DNA of 64,000 nucleotides, from NCBI GenBank assembly GCA_016936615.1, contig JAFGXN010000007.1, positions 28,575 through 92,574 on the forward strand, read 5' to 3'. A program made the position numbers and the translations under genes. Within the stretch, counting starts at the first letter, position 1. Each line of letters starts with the position of its first letter. Below the pieces are notes generated by a model. That model had not been told where the DNA came from. It saw only the letters and a list, made by a program, of their open reading frames with translations, and did not search any database. Positions 38,924 through 48,333 of the stretch are shown here, piece by piece. This stretch comes from Spirochaetales bacterium. Its GTDB lineage: Bacteria > Spirochaetota > Spirochaetia > JAFGXN01.

Positions 38924-40606
38924 TCAATTCAGGATTGTCGGCAAATTAACACCTGAACTCTCCAAACTACTCTGAAGGTCTTGAATCAGATGAATATTCT
39001 TCTCTCCAATTGAAACAATCTCATCAGCCTCATCCTTAATAACTAGAGAATCCATAGAAATACTCTCAATAGCATTCAAGATTTCGTTACTTGACGCAGC
39101 AATTGCATCAATACTCTTTGTTCCTTCAAGAACCTTAATCAAAGTCTCATCTACAGACTCGTTAACTCTCACATCAAGAGACCTTAAATTATAAACCATT
39201 CTGTGGATTTCACTTGTTCCAGAGTTTATCTCAGAAAGACCAAGAGAGATATTGCTAAAGGCAGTATTTATCCCAGAAATCAGCATAGAGATTGAAGAAA
39301 AATGGTCTACAACCTCCTGATTTATTCCAACTGTCTGATCAACCTCAACCTCATTTGATTTGATTATCTCTTTGATCGCCTTTGAGTTCTTTGTAGCCTC
39401 CTCGGCTAACTTACGAATTTCTGACGCAACAACAGAGAAACCCTTTCCCGCATCACCAGCATGGGCAGCCTCAATAGAGGCATTCATCGCAAGAAGATTA
39501 GTCTTATTTGCTATATCAGTAATAACCTTAACGACATTAAGCATCTTCTCAGCTGATGCCTTAATATTTCGAACCGACTCTGTAGATTGCTTCATCTTCT
39601 CAGAAGCACTCTCCTTAGCCTTATTTATCTCGATAGCAATCGCCTGTTTTTCACTAGCAATCTTTGTCATAACAGTTATCGACTCAGTCATAGCCTCAAT
39701 TGCAGCAGAAGACTGCTCTACCGCAGCAGACTGATTGATCATCTCATCTTTTACAATTTTTTCCTTCTCCTCAATAGTTGCATAGATATTCCTAGTCTCT
39801 TCGACCTGTCCGTTCAAATTATCCATCTCTTGAGTCATCAAGGCTAATCTGTTTGAGATTTTAGTTGAAAGCTCAAGCGACTTACCTGACATTGTGCTCA
39901 AATTCCTGCTATTATCCAATCCCTCAGAGACTGTAAACAAAAGTGAGGACATCTTATGCATCTTATTCTCAGCATTTTTTTCTGCTGAATAGAGATGATT
40001 AAAAATATTGTTATTAGTTCGAATAATCTGCCAAGCAAAGAGGTTTGCTACAGAAAAGACAATAAAATCAAAAATAGTCTTAGTCAAGACCGCAGAGAGA
40101 CTAACCTCACCCCCAAGACTTTCGGGAATTATACGAAAACCCAAGACACAAGCATATATGATAATTCCAATTACCCACGAAATTAATGCTTGATATGATG
40201 AATAACCAAGAAAGGCTAAAGCTAGAATCGCAGGCATCAGATACAGAAAAAAGGTCATATTATAAAGCATCGCAGGATTTTCTATACGAAAAGCTGGTAG
40301 CGCAATACCTAAAAGAACTGCCCCAAAAATCATTAGGTTACTCGAAATCTTAAAATTCCCTCGCTGCAAAAAGAACAAAGAGACACAGAGTATGACCCCT
40401 ATAAAGATATCTGCGACCGCAGCCCCTAGTAGAAGATAATTTAAGTCTGAAGAAAAAGAAGAAATCAAATTCATAAGACCTGTTGCGAAGAATAAAAATA
40501 TTCCCACCATGTTTATAATTATTAGTGCGTTAACACGATAAAGGACATCTGCTTGGTCAATGTCATAGTTTTTCTTAAAAAAATCAAAAAAGTTGTTAGT
40601 TTTCAT
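38924..40606 (-). CDS. Methyl-accepting chemotaxis protein with a multi-TM N-terminal sensor
   Basis: Highly conserved MCP signalling hairpin (NLLAMNASIEAAHAGDAGKGFSVVASEIRKLAEE). About six N-terminal TM helices. Confidence 0.85.
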   Translation of the reverse strand: MKTNNFFDFFKKNYDIDQADVLYRVNALIIINMVGIFLFFATGLMNLISSFSSDLNYLLLGAAVADIFIGVILCVSLFFLQRGNFKISSNLMIFGAVLLGIALPAFRIENPAMLYNMTFFLYLMPAILALAFLGYSSYQALISWVIGIIIYACVLGFRIIPESLGGEVSLSAVLTKTIFDFIVFSVANLFAWQIIRTNNNIFNHLYSAEKNAENKMHKMSSLLFTVSEGLDNSRNLSTMSGKSLELSTKISNRLALMTQEMDNLNGQVEETRNIYATIEEKEKIVKDEMINQSAAVEQSSAAIEAMTESITVMTKIASEKQAIAIEINKAKESASEKMKQSTESVRNIKASAEKMLNVVKVITDIANKTNLLAMNASIEAAHAGDAGKGFSVVASEIRKLAEEATKNSKAIKEIIKSNEVEVDQTVGINQEVVDHFSSISMLISGINTAFSNISLGLSEINSGTSEIHRMVYNLRSLDVRVNESVDETLIKVLEGTKSIDAIAASSNEILNAIESISMDSLVIKDEADEIVSIGEKNIHLIQDLQSSLESSGVNLPTILN

Positions 40607-40687
40607 AGGCTACCTTCTCTACTAAATATTCCTAACATTAACTATAGTTGATTGATATTAAAAAATAAAATTTTTCTTCCAAATTTC

Positions 40688-42412
40688 TCAAAAAATTCTA
40701 TTTTTCACTACTTTTCTTGCTAAAAGAAGAGACGCAATCTGCAAAGAATAGGCATCACAGCCATTCTCAAGATAATCGGCTAAATCCTTAGCATGCGAGA
40801 AAATTGTACCTTGTGAAAAACCCTTAGCTTCAAGCCGTAGGGGATCTAACTCGAGAAATTCCGCATAATCTTGCGTCGAATTGCTGCGATGGCGGAGGAT
40901 TGAATGACATCCTTCAGGGGATATTACAGAAAAAAAGGAAAAATCCAACATGTAGAGATTTTTTTCTGAAGCTAGAGCAATTGCGCCGCCGCTTCCACCC
41001 TGGCCGGTTACGAAGGTGAAGACTGGAACTCTTGCATTTCCAATCCTGCCTGTCAGCTCGGCGATTATGCCGGCACTGTTCTCCTGCTCGGCGCGCGCCC
41101 CCGGAAAGGCGCCTGGAGTGTCAACAAAGCAGACTAACGGGATATTACAGAACTCAGCCTCACTGAGAATCCGCAAAATTTTACGGTAGCCTCCTGCATT
41201 TGCCATAGAGAAATTATATTCGAGGTTCTCGTCCCAGTTTTTTCCTTTGTTAAAATAGACGACAAAGAAAGGTAGCTGGCCGATAAAGCCGACTCCGGTG
41301 AAGAGAGCCTTATCGTCGCAAGATACCCTGTCGCCGTGAAGCTCAAAGAGGCTTGAAAATACAGAATTTGCAATCTGCGATGAATGGATATGAGACTGGG
41401 AACGGATAAATTTCAACAGATCCAATGAAGTTTTATGCTGAGAAAAAAACTCATTCCGCCGCGGTAATCTATCGCCGAGGAAGTCAGCCTTCCGCCTGCG
41501 CAGATTGCTCAAGTTCTCCCGCCGCAGCTGATTTCTCGCCGGCAAGTGATACCGCTTAGAAAATGTATAGACATAAAGAAGATTCTTCAGCGCGGCAGGC
41601 AGATTCCTGCGATGTAGAACCATGTCCACCTTGCCGCAGGTCAAAGCCCCTTCTGCAGATTGAATAAATGGATCAATCTCCTCGCCGATAGTGTCCCGAA
41701 TGACAGAAGGACCAGCAAAGCCGACAAACGCGCCTTTTTCTGCAATAATAATATTCCCAAGACTCGCAACGCTTGCGGTAATCCCCCCCGAAGTCGGATT
41801 AGTCATCACTACGAAGAGAGGAATCCCCTTGCGCCGCATTAGAATGCTGTTAGCCGACGCCGTGCGCATAGCCTGAAGCGAAGCAATCCCATCCTGCATC
41901 CTCGCACCGCCGGAAGCAGTAAAGACAACAAGCGGCAGAGACTTGCGGATTGAACGCCTTGTAATTTTTTCCAGAACAAGACCTTCTAAATGACCAAATG
42001 ATCCGCCGATAAAATCAAAGTCCATAATCGCAAAGCAGAGCCTCATCCCCGCAAGCCTAGCCTCGCCGGCAAAAATCGCAGAACCAAGACCTGACTTTTT
42101 CCTTGCAGAATCTAAATCTTCTATATAGTTAGGAAAAATTGACTGAACCTTCTCATGAGAGAGCAGCGCCGAAATATTCAGAGGTCGCACCGAACCAGCA
42201 TCAAATGTCATCTGAGCCCGTGCAAGTGCCGGAACCCTGAAATGATAATCGCAATGAGGACAAATATAGGAATTTTCCTGCACAGCAACTAGCGCCTTGC
42301 AGGATTTGCATAAAATCTGCTGATCCATAGACAAAATGTACCACAAAGACGTGTTTTTAAAAATATCAAAGTTGTTTTTTTTGCTGAAAAGATTTAAACT
42401 ATCCCCAATCAA
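40688..42412 (-). CDS. Acetyl-CoA carboxylase carboxyltransferase, fused beta (AccD) + alpha (AccA) subunits
   Basis: N-terminal AccD Zn-ribbon (CKSCKALV...CPHCDYHF) and AccD core (MTNPTSGGITASVASLG). C-terminal AccA core (FVDTPGAFPGARAEQENSAGIIA...VTGQGGSGGAIALA). Confidence 0.8.
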   Translation of the reverse strand: MIGDSLNLFSKKNNFDIFKNTSLWYILSMDQQILCKSCKALVAVQENSYICPHCDYHFRVPALARAQMTFDAGSVRPLNISALLSHEKVQSIFPNYIEDLDSARKKSGLGSAIFAGEARLAGMRLCFAIMDFDFIGGSFGHLEGLVLEKITRRSIRKSLPLVVFTASGGARMQDGIASLQAMRTASANSILMRRKGIPLFVVMTNPTSGGITASVASLGNIIIAEKGAFVGFAGPSVIRDTIGEEIDPFIQSAEGALTCGKVDMVLHRRNLPAALKNLLYVYTFSKRYHLPARNQLRRENLSNLRRRKADFLGDRLPRRNEFFSQHKTSLDLLKFIRSQSHIHSSQIANSVFSSLFELHGDRVSCDDKALFTGVGFIGQLPFFVVYFNKGKNWDENLEYNFSMANAGGYRKILRILSEAEFCNIPLVCFVDTPGAFPGARAEQENSAGIIAELTGRIGNARVPVFTFVTGQGGSGGAIALASEKNLYMLDFSFFSVISPEGCHSILRHRSNSTQDYAEFLELDPLRLEAKGFSQGTIFSHAKDLADYLENGCDAYSLQIASLLLARKVVKNRIF

Positions 42413-43290
42413 TGAAAATTTTTGTATTTCCAGGACAAGGCGACTCTCTTGAGCTAGAGGATATCCTGACTTTCGCAGGAGAAGAGTTCTTCGAAGAGCT
42501 TTTTCCTAATGAAAAATTACGACAAGCCCTGACTAGCGGAGAAATTGCGCCAGATTATTTTCAGTTTTTCTCATTTATTCACCAGATTGCAGCTGTGAAG
42601 GCTTTAGCCGGGCGCGGAGTCGAGCCAGATGTGGTTGCAGGCTTCAGCTTCGGAGAGTTTGCCTCCTACTGCACAGCTGGGATTCTCAGCTTCGAAGAGT
42701 GCGTGCGATTAGTTCTGTCGCGCAACCAGATTGCCAATCAGCTTGGCTGCAAAGATGCGCAGATGATGGCAGTTGTCGGGCTTAGCATTGGAGAGATTGA
42801 AGCTTTTGTAGAAAAATTCACACTCGATATCGAGATTACAAATTATAACACCTCGAAGCAATTTGTTATTGCAGGAAAAAATGCAGAACTCGCACGCTTT
42901 CAGGAACTTTCCGGTGCGGCAGTGGCGATGCTCAATCTGCCAGTCGCCTACCACAGCAGAACAATGGCAGCGGCACAGGAGGCTTTTGCAGAGGAAATCC
43001 GACAGTGCAAATTCTGCCAGCCACAGAAGATGATCCTCAGCAGCGTCTCCGGCAGATTGATTGACGATGCAGACGAAGCTAAGGAGCTGCTGCTGGTTCA
43101 AATGACTTCGCCGCTGAGATGGAGCGAGGCTTGTGCAACAATCGGGATTCTGGCGCCGGAGAGGATTTTCTTCCCGGGAGATGGGCGCAAAGTGCGGAAT
43201 ATTTGCCGCAAGAACAGGGTCGCAGGAGAGCTGATAAAGTGCGGCAGATTGGCGGAGTGCGCCACGGCAAGCGAGGTAGCAGATGACTAG
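42412..43290 (+). CDS. FabD-like acyltransferase (malonyl-CoA:ACP transacylase family) with variant active-site motif
   Basis: FPGQG start, active-site nucleophile in GFSFGE (canonical GHSLGE), downstream LNLPVAYHSR. Divergent from accDA, with ATGA overlap into the next gene. Confidence 0.7.
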   Translation: MKIFVFPGQGDSLELEDILTFAGEEFFEELFPNEKLRQALTSGEIAPDYFQFFSFIHQIAAVKALAGRGVEPDVVAGFSFGEFASYCTAGILSFEECVRLVLSRNQIANQLGCKDAQMMAVVGLSIGEIEAFVEKFTLDIEITNYNTSKQFVIAGKNAELARFQELSGAAVAMLNLPVAYHSRTMAAAQEAFAEEIRQCKFCQPQKMILSSVSGRLIDDADEAKELLLVQMTSPLRWSEACATIGILAPERIFFPGDGRKVRNICRKNRVAGELIKCGRLAECATASEVADD

Positions 43291-43576
43291 ACGTGGAGAG
43301 GTAGAATTTGAGAGCGGCGATGCGATATTCAGGGAACACTTCCCCGGGAACCCGGTCGTGCCGGGATCGTTCTTGATTGATTTTTTTGTGGAAAAAATTA
43401 AAGAAGATTGCAGAAAATGCAGATTTTTTACTATAGAAAAATTCAAATTTATAAAATTTCTCCAACCTGCAATCTACGAATGGGAGATTGAAGGTCGCGA
43501 CGGCGGGAAATTCATTTGTTTAATCCGAAAAGATGGTATAATATTCTCGAAGGGTACAATTACGGTGGGAAAATGA
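43283..43576 (+). CDS. Short FabZ/FabA-like hotdog-fold dehydratase
   Basis: HFPGNPVVPGSFLIDFF matches the FabZ active-site region (HFPG.P..PG). Only 97 aa, so the N-terminal about 30 aa of a canonical FabZ are absent. Confidence 0.5.
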   Translation: MTRRGEVEFESGDAIFREHFPGNPVVPGSFLIDFFVEKIKEDCRKCRFFTIEKFKFIKFLQPAIYEWEIEGRDGGKFICLIRKDGIIFSKGTITVGK

Positions 43577-44292
43577 TGGAATTTACAGGAATGACAGTGC
43601 TTATAACTGGTGCAAGCTCGGAAATTGGAATGGAGATTGCGCGGACGCTGGGAGATTGCGGGCTGAAGGTCATTGCGACTTGCCGCGGAAAGAAGATTGA
43701 TGGGCTGAAGGCTGCACTTGGCGATGGAGTTATCGTAAGTGAGCTGGATTTTGCGATGCCTGAGACTTTCGAGAAATTTGAGAACTACCAGATTGATTAT
43801 CTGGTGGATATTGCACATTCTGAGTACGAGTCGCTGATTGGCTTCTCGCAGCAGGCTGAGGTGGAGAGTTACTTCGCTCAGAACCTGGTCAACAAGATTG
43901 GATTCCTTCGCATTGTCGAGAAATCTATGATCAAGGGAAAATTCGGCCGCCTGCTCTATATCTCGTCAACGGCAGCCAAACGGCAGAACCCGGGGCAAAG
44001 CTTCTACGCGGCTTCGAAGCTGGCGATGGAGCAGATCTACCTGGGTATCGGGCTGGAAGCTGGCCGCAAAGGGCTGAGTTCGTTAATCCTTCGCCCCGGA
44101 TACATTGAAGCTGGACGGGGCAGACGCTTCACCGATGCTCTTGGCGGGAAAGTTGAAAAGCAGAAGATAGTCGCGCCAGCCGAGTTGGCCGCCAGTGTCG
44201 CCTTCTTCTTAAGCAACGCCGCACGGAAGATCTCCGGAACAATTATCACGATGGATGCTGGTATGAGTGCGGGGAAGAATTTTTATGGATAA
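43573..44292 (+). CDS. Short-chain dehydrogenase/reductase, FabG-like 3-oxoacyl-ACP reductase
   Basis: Cofactor-binding VLITGASSEIGMEIA, catalytic S...YAASK triad region, PG motif (RPGYIEAG). Confidence 0.8.
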   Translation: MMEFTGMTVLITGASSEIGMEIARTLGDCGLKVIATCRGKKIDGLKAALGDGVIVSELDFAMPETFEKFENYQIDYLVDIAHSEYESLIGFSQQAEVESYFAQNLVNKIGFLRIVEKSMIKGKFGRLLYISSTAAKRQNPGQSFYAASKLAMEQIYLGIGLEAGRKGLSSLILRPGYIEAGRGRRFTDALGGKVEKQKIVAPAELAASVAFFLSNAARKISGTIITMDAGMSAGKNFYG

Positions 44293-44325
44293 TAAGGGAT
44301 ATTATAAATACATAGGAGAAAATAT

Positions 44326-44781
44326 ATGATAAGAAGATCAGCCTTTGAAGGTAAAATGAAAATAAAAGAGTACAAGCGGAGCCCGTTACTGTATGTCTAC
44401 TTGATGCTGCTGGAAATACTCTCTTTTGGAATATGTATTCTTATGCTATTCTTAGGAGCAGATAGAGACGGAGTATTTTTCAGTGGAATATCAAACGGTC
44501 TGCTACTTGTATTTCCGTTCATAGGAATTTTATACTATATATCAGATAAAAAAATCCCTTACCTGACAATTTTCAATGATACTCTAATTGTAAATTGTAA
44601 TCCCTACTGGCCAAGCAAGATTCTCGAAATCTCACAAACGCAAGCTACAAAAATAAAAAAAGGCGTTTACCAGATGGGATATGACATTGTTCCGGTGAAA
44701 ATAAAACTCAGAAGCTTCAAGAGGAAGCAACGCAACGAAATTGAAAGCTTTCTTGATAGGCTTTGTGTTAGAGAGAGATAG
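44326..44781 (+). CDS. Small membrane protein (2 TM + cytoplasmic bacterial PH-like domain)
   Basis: Two hydrophobic helices followed by a about-70 aa domain. The architecture is shared with the next two genes. Confidence 0.35.
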   Translation: MIRRSAFEGKMKIKEYKRSPLLYVYLMLLEILSFGICILMLFLGADRDGVFFSGISNGLLLVFPFIGILYYISDKKIPYLTIFNDTLIVNCNPYWPSKILEISQTQATKIKKGVYQMGYDIVPVKIKLRSFKRKQRNEIESFLDRLCVRER

Positions 44782-44913
44782 GGAGTACCAACAATAGTTG
44801 AAGCATACCATGGCTAAATCAAATTTCTGATAAGGCTATATTCATAGACAAAATTTAAAATTTTCATTAAACTATTTGAAGATCAAAGATTATCTCAAAA
44901 GAGAGAGGAAAAC

Positions 44914-46128
44914 ATGCAGGAATATAAATTTTCATCGACGGAAAAAGTGTTTGTAGCTATCACTTCACCAATAATAATTGCATTAGGAGCAGGTTTCTGG
45001 CTTTCTCCTCTGAAGGATAAAAGCCTGGCAGGGCTAATATTTATTCTCGCAATAATTTTTATCTTCGGATCCTGCTCAATTCTAGCTATCGTAGAGGCTT
45101 TCAAAACAAAACTGGTAATCGAAGACGATAAAATTATAAAAACAGGAATATTCAGAACAACAACATTGGATTTCAAGGATATTGACGGCTTCTCAAAAAA
45201 CATACTTTATACAGAGATTATATCAAAAGAAAAAAAACGCAAAATAATCTTAACAAACCACTACTCAAATATACCAGACCTCCAATCTTTTCTTTCACAA
45301 AACTTCAAAAATCTTGATTCAACTGAAAATAAAGAGAAAGGAAGCTCGTTGTTTGTCACAAATTACAAAGAAATAAAATATATAAAAAAAGAGTTTCTGA
45401 AAAATAAAGAATTTGGGAAAAACTCTAATGAAGTAATGAGAAGATCTGAAAAAACTAAAAAATTTACAGAACCTTTTAATTTAATAGCATTTGCTGCCTT
45501 CATTGCACTGCTGATACTGAGAGGAAATCCAATTATAGTGATGATCAATATTTTTATCCCCATAATAGCTCTTTTCATTTCTGTAAAAAGCAGAGGGTTT
45601 ATAACAATAATAAAAGATAAAATAACGAACCAACCTACACTTTCTGGAGCAATAGTTGGGAGTCCATTTCTTCTTTGCATTTCAGTTTTCATGTCAGGAT
45701 ACAATGTCTATAGTTATAAAGCAATATGGTTACCTCTCATTATAATTTCAATTACAGGATGTTTTACAATTATAAAAATATACAAGCCGATGAGAAAGGA
45801 AAGCAGAAAAGCGAAAGTTTTTTGCCTAGCTGCAGGCTCAATTTTAATTGGCGCATACCTTTTTGGTGCGGCTATTCACATTAACTGCACTTTTGATATA
45901 AAGCCAGACGAAATTATAACAGAAAAAGTCCTTGAAAAAAGGAGAATTAGAGGTAGAAAAAGAACATCATATACAATAACTGTTACGGATTGGGAAAATG
46001 AGACCGAGGTCATAGAATTAGATATATCATCAAGACAATTTTACACTCTAAAAGAAAACAGTAATGTAAACATAGTTCAGAAACAAGGACTTCTAGGCAT
46101 CCCATGGTGCTACGTCCAGAGAGAATAG
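44914..46128 (+). CDS. Polytopic membrane protein with an inserted PH-like domain (paralog family)
   Basis: 2 TM + KLVIEDDKIIKTGIFRTTTLDFKDIDGF domain, then about six more TM helices and a C-terminal soluble tail. Confidence 0.4.
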   Translation: MQEYKFSSTEKVFVAITSPIIIALGAGFWLSPLKDKSLAGLIFILAIIFIFGSCSILAIVEAFKTKLVIEDDKIIKTGIFRTTTLDFKDIDGFSKNILYTEIISKEKKRKIILTNHYSNIPDLQSFLSQNFKNLDSTENKEKGSSLFVTNYKEIKYIKKEFLKNKEFGKNSNEVMRRSEKTKKFTEPFNLIAFAAFIALLILRGNPIIVMINIFIPIIALFISVKSRGFITIIKDKITNQPTLSGAIVGSPFLLCISVFMSGYNVYSYKAIWLPLIIISITGCFTIIKIYKPMRKESRKAKVFCLAAGSILIGAYLFGAAIHINCTFDIKPDEIITEKVLEKRRIRGRKRTSYTITVTDWENETEVIELDISSRQFYTLKENSNVNIVQKQGLLGIPWCYVQRE

Positions 46129-46136
46129 AAATGATC

Positions 46137-46934
46137 TCAATAAAGAACAAACGAAGCCACCCCAATATATAGAATTAACAGAAATATTGTCAATGGCAAA
46201 AAGCAAACCATGGTATTACTGTTTCCTGCATATATACGATTCTTAAAATCCTGAGCAAGAAAAAAGAAGAATGCGCCAGCCAAAACAATTTCCGAATATA
46301 CAAAAACTTGCAAAGTAAATAAATCATCAATAACGTAATACATCTTTATAAAAATACCTGTGGCTATCAATCCTGAAATTATAGTAAAAAACAATGCTGC
46401 AAATTGCCAAAATCTTAGCCTTTTCATTGCTTTTTTCTTATTTTTTTCTATATTACGAAGAATAGATTCGCCATTCTCCAGAATTCTTGACTGAAGAATA
46501 GCCAGAAATTCATCCTGCCGCTCCAATCCATATATCATAAACTTAGAACCCTTTATCCTCACTTCAATCTTTGAAAGCACACTCATAGGCCAATGAGTCC
46601 GAACAGAAAGAATATCCTGAACTCTGATTCTTGAGATGGAATCCTTTCTCAAATCACGAATTTCCAGAGTATTTGAAAAGATAGAAACGCTCACCCTCTG
46701 ACTTTTTTTTGAGAGAAAGACAATAGAACAGATAATAGCAAAAAGATCAAACAATAAATAATAAAGAAAATTACCACGCATATCCTTATTTGAAATCAGT
46801 AGATAAGTCGCGAAAAAGAAAGGTAAATAAATCGAAACACACACGTTCAGAAAAATTTTTTCCCATCGCTTCATAATTGCCGACTCCGATGTGCGAAATT
46901 CGGCAAAATCAGTTTCATTTGTATAATTATTCAT
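46137..46934 (-). CDS. Membrane protein, 2 TM + PH-like domain + 3-4 TM (paralog family)
   Basis: Same architecture as the two preceding genes (VSVSIFSNTLEIRDLRKDSISRIRVQDI). Confidence 0.4.
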   Translation of the reverse strand: MNNYTNETDFAEFRTSESAIMKRWEKIFLNVCVSIYLPFFFATYLLISNKDMRGNFLYYLLFDLFAIICSIVFLSKKSQRVSVSIFSNTLEIRDLRKDSISRIRVQDILSVRTHWPMSVLSKIEVRIKGSKFMIYGLERQDEFLAILQSRILENGESILRNIEKNKKKAMKRLRFWQFAALFFTIISGLIATGIFIKMYYVIDDLFTLQVFVYSEIVLAGAFFFFLAQDFKNRIYAGNSNTMVCFLPLTIFLLILYIGVASFVLY

Positions 46935-46971
46935 GGATACCTCTTTGATAAAAATCTAATATGATATTCGG

Positions 46972-48045
46972 CTATTCTAGTTCCTGCCAGGAAATATACA
47001 TACATGCGACAAAAACTTCCCCCCTAATAAAACGAAAGCCAACCCAATAAGAAAAAGCGGGCTCCTCATAAACAAACCTGTCAGTAAATTCCTTAGTTTT
47101 AAGATCATAAATCAACCCCTCATCTAGCAAAGAAATATATAATTTTCCATTATACTCTTGAACCTGAAAGGCCTCAAAATAAGGATTTGCATATTTTTGT
47201 AAATTAACAATAGATTGAAACTCAAGTTTTTCAAAATTAAATTTATAAATTGAGCTAACAGAAGCAATAAAAGGATGATTTTCTAGATGTCTCCTTAAAA
47301 CAGAACAATACTCAGACGGGAGAGGTTTAATATAAGCAATCCCCAAGGAATCATCATATAGTAAATATTCATCGTAATAATAAAACGCCCCAATTATAAC
47401 TGCATAATATTTATCTACACACAGAACCTTACTATAAGAAGTGCTAAAATTCATAAATTCGTAAACTTCAGATTTAGAATATAAAACAATACTCGACTGG
47501 TTCTCTTCGACCTCTCCAATACTTTTATATTCTTCTTGGCAAAACTTATCATTAGAAATAATAAGCCGCAAGACTTCTCCAGATTTAGACTTTACTATCA
47601 GCTGATCTGAATCGGACACTAAAATTTTATCTACATCAGCAAAACTATCAATAACTTCAAATTTATAATTCTGATAATCCAGAATCTCTAACTTCAAATC
47701 CTCTTCAATTCTTTCAGCCCTTATAAATTTTGAATTCTCTGTTATACCAATCACATGCTGTCCATCAAATAAAAAATTATTAGTTGAATCATATATCGTA
47801 TTTTTTTCAAATTCACAATACTGGGTAAGCATATACCTAAAATTATCATCTTCACAATCAAAATAATCTTCTAGATATGGTATTTCTTCACTTTTCTTAA
47901 GCCCCTGATCAAAATTATAAACATCTCTCCCAATTTTATGCTCAATCAAATTACCTTGAACAGTTAAACAAGTATTAATCATAAATAATAATAGAAATAT
48001 CTTCTTCATAAAATCTATCCTACAACAGCAGTAGTTTTCATTCAA
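46972..48045 (-). CDS. Hypothetical secreted protein
   Basis: N-terminal signal peptide (MKKIFLLLFMINTCLTVQG). No recognisable domain. Confidence 0.4.
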   Translation of the reverse strand: MNENYCCCRIDFMKKIFLLLFMINTCLTVQGNLIEHKIGRDVYNFDQGLKKSEEIPYLEDYFDCEDDNFRYMLTQYCEFEKNTIYDSTNNFLFDGQHVIGITENSKFIRAERIEEDLKLEILDYQNYKFEVIDSFADVDKILVSDSDQLIVKSKSGEVLRLIISNDKFCQEEYKSIGEVEENQSSIVLYSKSEVYEFMNFSTSYSKVLCVDKYYAVIIGAFYYYDEYLLYDDSLGIAYIKPLPSEYCSVLRRHLENHPFIASVSSIYKFNFEKLEFQSIVNLQKYANPYFEAFQVQEYNGKLYISLLDEGLIYDLKTKEFTDRFVYEEPAFSYWVGFRFIRGEVFVACMYISWQELE

Positions 48046-48333
48046 TATTTTTTATAGGAATTTTCGTTATAATAACTATTTATATATAGAAAGCTACTAA
48101 TTATTACAAAAAAATATTTCTTTATATCTCTTCACCAATCCTTTCCCATTTGACAATTCCCAAATTCACAGATATTCTGCAAATATACGCACCAGCCTTA
48201 ATTCACGAATCCAGAACTTAAATCAACTGAAATCATTTTTGCTACAGACCTGCGCTTTTTACTGTTAGGAGGTAGTCATGAACCGGAAGGAAAGGACAAA
48301 CCTTACCAGTGTTCTGATGGCTTTTTTATAAGA

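Noticed and set aside
42709-43818. Long reverse-strand ORFs (245, 128, 114 aa) overlapping fabD-like/SDR genes
   Set aside because: They lie antisense to well-supported, motif-bearing genes in a GC-rich block where stop codons are rare by chance. Their translations are low-complexity (R/S/P/A-rich) with no motifs. They are spurious.
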